64,000 nt of DNA from a virus, in IMG/VR virus record IMGVR_UViG_3300046477_000550. The stretch is one strand, 5' to 3'. Both the position numbers and the translations under genes were made by a program. Below, piece by piece: positions 25,084 to 33,211 of the stretch; the stretch's first letter is position 1; each line of letters opens with the position of its first letter. The notes below the pieces were generated by a model that had not been told where the DNA came from, ran no database searches, and saw nothing but the letters and a program-made list of their open reading frames with translations.

Positions 25084-25377
25084 ATGGGCATGACCGCGAC
25101 CGAGAAGAAGCAGCAGGCAGCGCGCGAAAGGCTCGACGAGCTCGCCTCGGCGTTCGTCAAGGCCGAGGAGCAGCTGGAGACCGCGCGTACCGCCCTGAAC
25201 GAGGGCATCGTCGACGTCCTCAAGGCCCGGACCCTGGGCCCATCGGAGGTCACGCGCCACGTCCCCTACGAGCGCCAGCACGTCGGACGCATCTCCAAGG
25301 CGGCAGGCATCCCACCCCTGCGCGAACGGACCGTCGTCAGCGCCAAAAGGGCTGCGCCAGAGCCGCCCCCCGAGTAG
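25084..25377 (+). CDS. putative regulator (helical, C-terminal HTH-like segment)
   Basis: ATG at 25084 or 25090. Reads MGMTATEKKQQAARERLDEL...ERQHVGRISKAAGIP. One of the few plus-strand genes, facing the operator array. Confidence 0.5.
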   Translation: MGMTATEKKQQAARERLDELASAFVKAEEQLETARTALNEGIVDVLKARTLGPSEVTRHVPYERQHVGRISKAAGIPPLRERTVVSAKRAAPEPPPE

Positions 25378-25430
25378 CCCGCTTCCCGATTCCCGCCCCG
25401 CTCCCCCACCGCCCGCGCCACACTGCCGAC

Positions 25431-25595
25431 ATGACGCTCAGGTTCACGGTCCAGGGCGACGACGAGGCGGAGACGGCCGAGGGCTACCAGCTGCTGCTGT
25501 CGCTGGGCCTCACGCCCCACATGCCGCCGAAATGCCTCACCGACGGGCGATGGATGGCGCGCCGTACCCGATACGACGAAAGCCCCGGCCGATGA
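25431..25595 (+). CDS. possible 54-aa ORF
   Basis: ATG at 25431 with no recognisable RBS. Confidence 0.25.
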   Translation: MTLRFTVQGDDEAETAEGYQLLLSLGLTPHMPPKCLTDGRWMARRTRYDESPGR

Positions 25596-25620
25596 TGGTC
25601 GGGGCCCTGCCGTTGTCTGA

Positions 25621-25866
25621 TCAGGCGCCCGCCGCTCCCTTCGCTGCGACCGCGTCGGCCCGCCAGTTGGCGAGGGACTCGGCGCCGTAGGTGAGGGCGA
25701 GAATCCCGGCGAGGGCGGTGAGCGCCGCCGGGACCGCGGCGACAATCTCCGGCACGCCAACCGCCATCAGGGCGACGGTCACGGCGTATCCGGCCGACAG
25801 CGACGGGGCGAACACGGCGACCGCGATGAACAGTCGGGCGATCGGGCCTAGCTCGGGATGGAACAT
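25621..25866 (-). CDS. small membrane protein
   Basis: ATG at 25866 with AGGAG RBS. 81 aa with 2-3 hydrophobic helices. Confidence 0.55.
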   Translation of the reverse strand: MFHPELGPIARLFIAVAVFAPSLSAGYAVTVALMAVGVPEIVAAVPAALTALAGILALTYGAESLANWRADAVAAKGAAGA

Positions 25867-25882
25867 GGCGGGGCTCCTAGGG

Positions 25883-26335
25883 CTAGTTGTTGACGTTGGT
25901 CTTGCCGAACCACTTCTGGTGGACGTGGACTTCCTTGCGGACGGAGGCCGGCCCGCGGGAGCCGAGGTTGGCGGCGAGGAGGACCAAGCCGAGGAGGATG
26001 GCGAATCCGCTGGTGCCCATGAGGGCGATACCGGCGAACATCTGGCCGGCGCCGAAGCCGACTCCAGCGCCGGCGGCACCGATGCCGAAGCCGGTGGCGA
26101 GGATCTTTTGGGCCTGCGGGTCGACGAGCGGAATAGGCGTGAGGTCCCGAACCGGCTGCGGCTGCATGGCGGCCGGGACCTGCGATTTCCGCATGGGCAC
26201 CATCTGGCCGTAGGCGTCCGGCACGTAGACGACGGGGTCACGGTCGTCGTACAGCTCGATTTCGGCGGACTGGTACTGCCGCTGCCCGTCGGGGGCGGCG
26301 TAGCGCTGGTACCGCTCAGGCAGCGGACTGGGCAT
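25883..26335 (-). CDS. membrane protein (Spd-like position)
   Basis: 150 aa with a Gly-rich TM pair (GFGIGAAGAGVGFGAGQMFAGIALMGTSGFAILLGLVLLAA). Lies downstream of the translocase. Confidence 0.6.
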   Translation of the reverse strand: MPSPLPERYQRYAAPDGQRQYQSAEIELYDDRDPVVYVPDAYGQMVPMRKSQVPAAMQPQPVRDLTPIPLVDPQAQKILATGFGIGAAGAGVGFGAGQMFAGIALMGTSGFAILLGLVLLAANLGSRGPASVRKEVHVHQKWFGKTNVNN

Positions 26336-26366
26336 CAGGTCGGGTCTCCTTCGGGCCGGGGTGGGT

Positions 26367-26984
26367 TCAGTTCCAGGGGGCGGCGTTGCGCTGGCCGCGA
26401 ATCCAGGCGGTGAGGCGGGTGTCGTCGACGGTGGTTATGCCGACGCGTTCGGCGAACTCGCGGGCGTCTTTGGTGAAGTGGGAGGTGGTGACGACGGCCG
26501 CCCTCTGGCAGCGGTGGATGTCGCGGTAGGTGCCGTTGACGCACTGCACGTCTCCGGATTTGACGTTGTTGCCGATGGCGTACCGCTTGGCCTGAATGAG
26601 GATCCGGTGCTGTGACCTGCTCCAGGGCTGCCACCAGATCGCGTCGGGGGTGGTGGCGAGGACGTCGGCGGCAAGGTCTCCGGCGCCGCCGACGACCTGC
26701 ACGTCGGTGCATCCGTCGCGGCGGCACAGGTCGGCGATGTAGTGCTCGAACTGGCCGGCCGACAGACGGTGGGGGTCGGTGGCGCCGGATAGGCGTGGCC
26801 GTCGTCGCAGTAGAGATCGCAGCCGCTTTCGGAATGCGACCGCGGGGACGAGCACGAGCGCGCCGACCGTGAGGGTGATGACGAGGTGGTCGGCGACCCA
26901 CTGTGCGGCGACGATCGCGAGCACGACGAAGACGACGACGGGCCACAGGCTGGTGCGGGTCGCGTGGCGGTTGGCTGCGGACAT
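26367..26984 (-). CDS. membrane-anchored Mrr-like restriction endonuclease domain protein
   Basis: Two N-terminal TM helices, then FEHYIADLCRR...VVGGAGDLAADVLA...RILIQAKRY, the Mrr_cat D...(Q/E)xK core pattern. Confidence 0.7.
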   Translation of the reverse strand: MSAANRHATRTSLWPVVVFVVLAIVAAQWVADHLVITLTVGALVLVPAVAFRKRLRSLLRRRPRLSGATDPHRLSAGQFEHYIADLCRRDGCTDVQVVGGAGDLAADVLATTPDAIWWQPWSRSQHRILIQAKRYAIGNNVKSGDVQCVNGTYRDIHRCQRAAVVTTSHFTKDAREFAERVGITTVDDTRLTAWIRGQRNAAPWN

Positions 26985-26995
26985 GGTGGGCCCCT

Positions 26996-29230
26996 TCAGT
27001 GGTTGACGAGCTGGTAGGTGCCGCGACTGCCGGCGGGTTCGACGTGTCCGGCCTGGTGGAGGTCACCCATGACGTTGTTGATGCTGCCGGGGGCGACGTC
27101 GGGCATCCGCTTGCGGACGTCCCTGAGGGCCATGGGTCCGTCGGCGAGGAGGTCGAGGATGCGGTCCTTGATGCTGCCGGCGGAGGGCTCGTCGTCGTCG
27201 TCGAGGAAGTCGCGGTAGGCCGCGTCGCCGTCCTCAGCCCCGGAGTCGAGGTCCCCGGCGAGGAGCGCTTCGGCGTGGGGTAGCCAGCGGGCGTAGGCAT
27301 CCCGGAAGACGCGGTCCTCTTCCGGGGTGAGGGTGGGCGTGGGCGCCGATTCCATGAGGGCGATGAGACCCGGGTAGGTCTTGTCCACCTTGCGGGCCTT
27401 GAAGACCCGGGAGAGGAAGAGGACGCCGCCCTGGATGATGTTGGCCATGCCTGCGGTGATCGGACCGTTCTTTGCCTCCTCGCCGCTGAAGGCGGCGTCG
27501 ATGTCGCTGCCGGTTTTGAAGTAGCGCTGGATCGGGTCGAGGGTGACGCCGGGCGGGAGTACTCCGTCGGTGGCCATGTGCTGGGTTGTGCTGCTGTTTG
27601 TCCTGCCCAGCCAGACCGTGCCGTTTTTCGCGTTGGCGCGGATCTTGTCCTTGTCGCCGAGTTCAGCCAAGTGGATGTTCTGGGCGGCGAAGCGGATGCC
27701 CTTGCCGAGCTTGCGGCCGGTTGCCTGGGCATCGCTGACGAGGCCGGACACCCAGTTGCGGAAGGCGCGGGGGACGTCTGCATCGGAGGACAGGATCCGG
27801 TTGAGCTCGTCGAAGGTGCCGTTGACCAGGGCCCACGGTTTGCCGATCTCGAAGGAGCCCCAGCCGTTGGCGGCGGAGATCTTCTCCCGGTAGGCGCCGA
27901 GTTCGTTGAAGGCGGCGAGGGTCGCGCCGGTGGCTGCGATGCCTTTGCCGAAGTGGCAGACGCGGCCGTCGGCCTCAGGCAGGGACATGCCGTTCTGGGC
28001 GTCGGCGACGATGGATACGACGCCGGAGAGCCGTTCGGCGACGAGCACGGTGAGCAGGGCTACCGACTTGCCGGCTCCCATGGCGCCGACGAAAAGGTCG
28101 GTGACCGCACCCATCTCGGGGTCGTACAGCGCCATGCGGGCGGGGCGGCCGTCGTGACGGACGCCGATCTGAATGGTGCCGTCGGTACGCATGGTGAGGT
28201 CTTCGGCGGTGGCTTCGCGGACCTCCATCAGCGGATGGTTCTTGTAGATGGAGATGATGCCGTCGCCGAGGCCATCGGTTTCGACCATGACCAGCGACTT
28301 GTCCTTGTAGCCGATGGCGCGGGTGATCTGCGTCTGGTTCAGCTGGATCATCTGACCGTCGGGAGCGGTGACGCGCAGAGCGGTGCGGTTGAGTTCGGTC
28401 TTGTAGCCGGTGAGGTGCATGCCAGCGGCGCCCCCGTTGGGGCGGGCCAGCCGCTCGTAGAAGAGGCGCTCGGCCGGGTTCTGCTGCGCCTGCTCGACGG
28501 CGTCGAGGGTGGGCCGGGCGGTGAGCAGCTTGCGTCCGGGGCCGGAGCCTTTGATGAGGCTCAATGTGACGGTGCCGGGCGGCAGGTCGAAGACGGCGGC
28601 CAGCGCGGTCGCGTTGAGGTCGGGGACGGCTTCACCGGCTGGGGCGACGACGATGCCCCAGAAGTCGGGGTGCCGGGCGTCGTACTGGGTGACGGTGGTC
28701 AGCAGCGTGCTGCTGGTGGACCGGGCGTCGGCCCACTGCCGCGTCCGGTGCGCGCCGTAGGTGGCGAGCGGTGCGGCCTCCAGGGCGGGGATTTCCGCCG
28801 AAGCGTTCGGGAGTGCATCGGGCATCAGGTTGGTGGAGTGGGTGAGCGGCACGGTGGCCGCCATGAGCGCGCCCCATCCGGCGGGCAGCACGTACTCCCA
28901 CCAGGGGGCGCCGGGGTGGAGCAGGTCGGCGAGGTAGACGAGGGCGCCGGTCAGCGGCGGCACGACACGCTGGGCGGCGCGCAGGAACCCTGAGTGGCCT
29001 TCCGGGTGCTCCCACTTGCCGTACAGCCAGGCGAACGAGCCGATGGCGACACCGGCGGCGCCGAGGTGGGCGGGCCACCAGCCGTCATGCTGGGGGGTGA
29101 CGGTGATGCCGAGGGTGGCCGCACCGTAGAGGAGGCGCTCGAAGCGGGCACGGCGCCGGATGCTGCGGGCGGGAACGAGCCGCGGGCCGTCGTGTACGGC
29201 CAGGTCGGGCGTCTTGTCGGTGACGGCCAC
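26996..29230 (-). CDS. TraB/FtsK-SpoIIIE family DNA translocase
   Basis: 744 aa with GTG start and AAGGAGGA RBS. N-terminal TM helices, Walker A GAMGAGKS, Walker B-like LVNGTFDELN, C-terminal wHTH-like tail (LRDVRKRM...INNVMGDLHQAGHV). Confidence 0.85.
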   Translation of the reverse strand: MAVTDKTPDLAVHDGPRLVPARSIRRRARFERLLYGAATLGITVTPQHDGWWPAHLGAAGVAIGSFAWLYGKWEHPEGHSGFLRAAQRVVPPLTGALVYLADLLHPGAPWWEYVLPAGWGALMAATVPLTHSTNLMPDALPNASAEIPALEAAPLATYGAHRTRQWADARSTSSTLLTTVTQYDARHPDFWGIVVAPAGEAVPDLNATALAAVFDLPPGTVTLSLIKGSGPGRKLLTARPTLDAVEQAQQNPAERLFYERLARPNGGAAGMHLTGYKTELNRTALRVTAPDGQMIQLNQTQITRAIGYKDKSLVMVETDGLGDGIISIYKNHPLMEVREATAEDLTMRTDGTIQIGVRHDGRPARMALYDPEMGAVTDLFVGAMGAGKSVALLTVLVAERLSGVVSIVADAQNGMSLPEADGRVCHFGKGIAATGATLAAFNELGAYREKISAANGWGSFEIGKPWALVNGTFDELNRILSSDADVPRAFRNWVSGLVSDAQATGRKLGKGIRFAAQNIHLAELGDKDKIRANAKNGTVWLGRTNSSTTQHMATDGVLPPGVTLDPIQRYFKTGSDIDAAFSGEEAKNGPITAGMANIIQGGVLFLSRVFKARKVDKTYPGLIALMESAPTPTLTPEEDRVFRDAYARWLPHAEALLAGDLDSGAEDGDAAYRDFLDDDDEPSAGSIKDRILDLLADGPMALRDVRKRMPDVAPGSINNVMGDLHQAGHVEPAGSRGTYQLVNH

Positions 29231-29271
29231 GGTGGTGTCCTCCTTCAGGTCAGGTCAGGTCAGGGTGCGGG

Positions 29272-29784
29272 TCAGTAGACTTCGTTGAACTGGGCTTTCG
29301 GCTGCTTTACGCCGCCGGGCAGGGCCTTGACGGTTTCGTGGATGCCGCCGTACTCGGACTGGTGGGCGTCACGGACGCCGTTGGCGTTGGCTTCCATGCC
29401 GTCGGCGGCGTTGGCAACTTCGCCGGAGGCTTCGGCAACCCGGTCGAAGGCGGCGGCGACCTCAAGAGCCTGGGCCTGGAAGCGGGCGTCGACGCCGGCC
29501 TGGGCGAGGTGTCCGGCGAGGCGTCGGGCACGCTGCGCGTCGTGGTGCATGCGCGCCTTGAGGAGGTGCAGCTGCTCCTTGAGGATGGCGGCCGCGGCGG
29601 CGAGGGCCATGATGCGCAGGGCGAGGGTGACGAAGTTGAGGATGCCGCTGATGGCGCCTCCCCAGCTCATCCGCTGGGGCTGGTTGTTTCCAGTGGCGGC
29701 CGGGAGGTTGTCGCTGTCTGCGGCGGCAGCTTCGGCGCCGGTCTGGACGGAAGTGGGTTCGATCGCGTTACTGTCGTCGCTCAT
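29272..29784 (-). CDS. membrane/coiled-coil protein
   Basis: ATG at 29784. 170 aa with one TM helix (ISGILNFVTLALRIMALAAAAAIL), then a helical region. Confidence 0.6.
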   Translation of the reverse strand: MSDDSNAIEPTSVQTGAEAAAADSDNLPAATGNNQPQRMSWGGAISGILNFVTLALRIMALAAAAAILKEQLHLLKARMHHDAQRARRLAGHLAQAGVDARFQAQALEVAAAFDRVAEASGEVANAADGMEANANGVRDAHQSEYGGIHETVKALPGGVKQPKAQFNEVY

Positions 29785-29795
29785 CGTCGTCTGCC

Positions 29796-32015
29796 TCAGG
29801 TCTGGTTGTGGATCGGCGCGGAGGGGGTGGTGAGGCCGGCGTCGGCGGTGGCCTGGGTGATGGGCCGGTAGGTGTCGTTGAGGTCGTTGTCTGCGGTCTC
29901 GGACTGTTCTGCTGCTTCGAGGGAGGAGACCTGCATTTCGTCGGACATGCGGGCGACCAGGTCCATGGACTCGGCCATGCGGGCCATCGCGCCGGAGAAC
30001 AGCGGGCCGATGAGGTTGTGGTTGACGGCGAGGTCTTCGGCGAACAGGGCGAGGATGTCGCGGAGTTTGCGGCCGCGGTCGGCGAGCTTGGCGGCCTGGT
30101 CGTGGGTTTTGAATCCGTCGTCCTTGAAGTCGCCGTATTCGTCGAGGGCGTCGTCGAGGTTGATTTCGGTGGCGTGTTGGGCGTCCATGTGGCGGGCGGC
30201 GGTGATGATGCCGTGGCCGGTGCGGGCGGCCTGGTTGCGGGCCTTCGCGATGCGGCGGTCGGGCTTGGCGGGGGGCATGGCGATGGGCTCCTTGGGGCGG
30301 GTGGTGCCGGGGCGGGGCGGGTTCACGGTCGGTGCGGTGTCGAGGGCGGCCGGACCGTTCTTGGGCAGCGCCGGAGTGCCGGTGCCGAGCGCGTCGGGTT
30401 CCCACCGTTTGGCCTGCGCGCCCGGATAGTCGTCGCGTTCGACGGTGATGGTGGCGGCTGCCTGGCCGGCGGCCTGGCCTGCGTTCTGGAAGGGGCTGCG
30501 GCGCGTCCGGCCCGCCGATCCGCCAGGGGCTCCGGCGCTGCCGGTGCCGGTGTTGGTGCCGGTCGGGCCCGTGGTGCCGCCGAAGCAGCCGCCGTTCTTC
30601 CGGGTGCGGGCGCGGGCGTTCGCCCACCACGCGCCGGCCTTCCGTCCGGCATTCCTGAACCGTTTGTTCTTCCGCCGACTGCCGCTTCCCGTCGCGCCGG
30701 GGGCCGCGCCTGGCTTCTTCGGCTTGTTCAGGTTGACCTTCGGCGTACCGCCGTTGCCCGTCTTCGACTTTCCGTTCTTCGGGGCGGACCAGATGGGCGG
30801 GGTGACCGTTTGACGGCGGCGCTTCAGCCGTTTGCGGGCGGCCCGGTGTGCAGCCTTCCGCAGCGCCTGGGCCAGCGTGGTGCGTCCGGCGGCCTGCGTG
30901 TTGCTCTTCCCTGCGGCGGCCCCCGGAGTGGCGCTGCCGGGCCGGCCCGGAGCCTTCGTCAGGTTGACCTTGGCGGGCTGCCCGGGGGCGCCCGTCGGGT
31001 TCTTCGGCGCGTTCTTCTGGCTCTTCTGGCCGCTGCCCCACAGGGCGGGGGTGGCTCCGCCCTGCTTCTGCCGCTTCTTCCAGCGGCGCGCCGCGGCCTT
31101 CTGGGTGTCCTTCTTCAGTGCGGCGCCCAGCCCGGTCCTGCCCGAGCCGCTGTCGCTGCCGCCGTCAAGCTGCTTGCGGCGCTGCTTGTCCAGGCCGGCC
31201 TTCGATCCGGCCTGCGAGTTATGGAGCGGACTCTTCTTCGGCTTCGGCCCGACGGTGGTGTCGGGCTTCTTCGGCTTCGGGCCTGCACCCGGTCCGGTGT
31301 TCTTCCTGCCGGGGCCAAGCCCGTTGGTGCGGGACGACGAACCGCCGCCACGCCCGGACGGGCCCTTACCGGGCGGCTTCTTCCCGCCGCCGCCCGCTCC
31401 CCCACCGCGGCCCGACGAACCGCCGGAACCCCCACGGCCGAGCGCCTTCCCGCCGAACTCGGGACCGGACTGCACACGCTTCGCACGCTGCTGGACGCCC
31501 TTGTCCCGCAGACCCTGCATCGCCATGACGTGCTTGCCGCGCGCCTCCTCCGTCGCCAGCCGCATCTTCATCCGTGCCTCGCGAAGCTGCGCATTCTCGG
31601 CCTCGCGGGCAAGACGGCGCTGGCGCCGGTCCTGAAGGAACGCGTGCGTGCCACGCAGCGCGGCCACAGCAACGGCCAGGCAGGCGGCCAGCGACAGGGC
31701 GCCCAGTCGGGGAACCGCCGAACCGCCGAACCCGCCGTCACTGCGGAAGGTCGCCGGAACATGTCCGGGCTGCGGCCGGGCAGCCGGGGGCGGTACGACG
31801 GGGGCCTGCGCACTCAGGTCGGGAAGCGCGGCCAGCGCGGCAAGGGGACTGCGGCGCGCCCGACGGGCCGGCCGGCCGTCATCCGGAGCCGGCGCCGAGG
31901 GCGGAAAGCTGGGAGCGGGCGGGGCGGTGGGAGTCGTGGTGGGCGGCAGGCGGAAGCCGAGCCGGGGGAAGTTGTAGACGCGCGCATCGCTCTGATCGCC
32001 GGTCGAATCGGTCAT
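29796..32015 (-). CDS. large Lys/Gly/Pro-rich membrane-anchored protein
   Basis: ATG at 32015 with GGAAGGGGG RBS. 739 aa. One TM helix, a coiled coil, about 400 aa of low-complexity basic sequence with many AAG Lys codons (which argues for the true frame), and a helical acidic C-terminal domain. Confidence 0.65.
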   Translation of the reverse strand: MTDSTGDQSDARVYNFPRLGFRLPPTTTPTAPPAPSFPPSAPAPDDGRPARRARRSPLAALAALPDLSAQAPVVPPPAARPQPGHVPATFRSDGGFGGSAVPRLGALSLAACLAVAVAALRGTHAFLQDRRQRRLAREAENAQLREARMKMRLATEEARGKHVMAMQGLRDKGVQQRAKRVQSGPEFGGKALGRGGSGGSSGRGGGAGGGGKKPPGKGPSGRGGGSSSRTNGLGPGRKNTGPGAGPKPKKPDTTVGPKPKKSPLHNSQAGSKAGLDKQRRKQLDGGSDSGSGRTGLGAALKKDTQKAAARRWKKRQKQGGATPALWGSGQKSQKNAPKNPTGAPGQPAKVNLTKAPGRPGSATPGAAAGKSNTQAAGRTTLAQALRKAAHRAARKRLKRRRQTVTPPIWSAPKNGKSKTGNGGTPKVNLNKPKKPGAAPGATGSGSRRKNKRFRNAGRKAGAWWANARARTRKNGGCFGGTTGPTGTNTGTGSAGAPGGSAGRTRRSPFQNAGQAAGQAAATITVERDDYPGAQAKRWEPDALGTGTPALPKNGPAALDTAPTVNPPRPGTTRPKEPIAMPPAKPDRRIAKARNQAARTGHGIITAARHMDAQHATEINLDDALDEYGDFKDDGFKTHDQAAKLADRGRKLRDILALFAEDLAVNHNLIGPLFSGAMARMAESMDLVARMSDEMQVSSLEAAEQSETADNDLNDTYRPITQATADAGLTTPSAPIHNQT

Positions 32016-32136
32016 GACGCCCCCTTCCGGGGTTGACAGGCTGTAGTCGGATCGGGGACCCTCGCGCGCGCGCATCGCGCGCGCGCCTCTGGCCGGTCAT
32101 CACCTCGTTTCCCGGGGGTGATGATGATGAATACGG

Positions 32137-32358
32137 TCACTGCGTGTGACGCTGGTAGAAGTCGTGGAGGTGGGAGGCGAGCTGGTTCGCGACGGCCGGG
32201 TCGCCGTTCTCCAGCGCGTCCTTGGCTAGCTTGCGGGTGACCTCGTACCAGAACCCGACCAAGTGCATCGGGCCCTTCTCGGCCGCCTTCGCCTGCCGGC
32301 CGTTGTAGTGCTCGGTCTGATTCACGAGCGTCTTCCGCGCCTGCCGCGGCGTCGTCAC
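32137..32358 (-). CDS. hypothetical protein
   Basis: GTG at 32358 (GTGA overlap, GGAGG RBS). 73 aa. Confidence 0.45.
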   Translation of the reverse strand: MTTPRQARKTLVNQTEHYNGRQAKAAEKGPMHLVGFWYEVTRKLAKDALENGDPAVANQLASHLHDFYQRHTQ

Positions 32359-32909
32359 AGCGCCTCCGGAAAGTCCACGAAGAGGTCGGCCATGTCCGGA
32401 AGGGACTGCTGCGAGCCGGCCGGCTGTGCGAACTGGTGCGGGTACGGGCTGACGTACTGCGGCTGCGGCGCTGCGTTGACCTGCGGGTTTCCGACCGGCT
32501 GGCCGCCGTTGAAGGCCCGCGCCGATGCGTCCAGAGACTTGGCGACCGTCTCGTGCGCGCCCCCGGCCAGGCCGCGCCGGCTGCGACGCGTCTCGGAGCG
32601 CTCCAGTTCCCGGCGCCGCCGCTCGGGCAGTTCGAGGACTTCCCGCACGTAGACCGCGTTGCAGGCCTCCATCTCGGCGGCGGCGCGCTCCAGGTGGCGG
32701 ATCGCCCTGTTCAGCCGCCGCACCACCTTGGCGGCCCTGCGGCGGGCGTGACCTGCGTTTTTGTCGCCGTCGACATGGGTGTTCTCCAGGCGGGCCTTGA
32801 TGACGTTGGCCATCTGGCGCAGCTCGGAGCCGTCGTTGTTGTACTTGTCGCGCTCGTCCTCGGTCCACGTCCGCATTCCCTGCTGCTTCATCAGGGCGTC
32901 CATGTCCAC
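32355..32909 (-). CDS. hypothetical protein
   Basis: 184-aa ORF with GTG start. Helical, basic centre. Confidence 0.55.
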   Translation of the reverse strand: MDMDALMKQQGMRTWTEDERDKYNNDGSELRQMANVIKARLENTHVDGDKNAGHARRRAAKVVRRLNRAIRHLERAAAEMEACNAVYVREVLELPERRRRELERSETRRSRRGLAGGAHETVAKSLDASARAFNGGQPVGNPQVNAAPQPQYVSPYPHQFAQPAGSQQSLPDMADLFVDFPEAL

Positions 32910-33211
32910 TGCCGGTTCTCCTGTACGTCACTGGTTCCTGGGCTGGTGAGGGCCTTGCGGGTCCGGCAGGTGGGGGCTTCTTCGGCCCCCGCAGCCCGGT
33001 ACTGATGTCCGGGCTGCAGGGGCTGTCGAGGCCTCCTGTCGTTCGGTGTTCGCCTGTCGGATGTGCGCCGGGCCTGCTTGCCGGGTCTGCGAACGTTCCG
33101 CTCACCGGGTCACTCACCGGGGTTGATCTGCTGTTTTGCTGTGTCGACTGCTTCCGGCAGTCTCGGCGAGGACCAGAACCGTGGGGTGCTGGGCCTCACC
33201 GGGGGCGCCGG

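Noticed and set aside
29808-32036. A 742-aa plus-strand ORF antisense to the 739-aa basic protein gene, plus several nested ORFs.
   Set aside because: It has the same shadow-ORF composition (Gly/Arg/Ala/Leu) and no start context. The minus-strand frame is supported by an RBS, operon coupling and its Lys-rich sequence.
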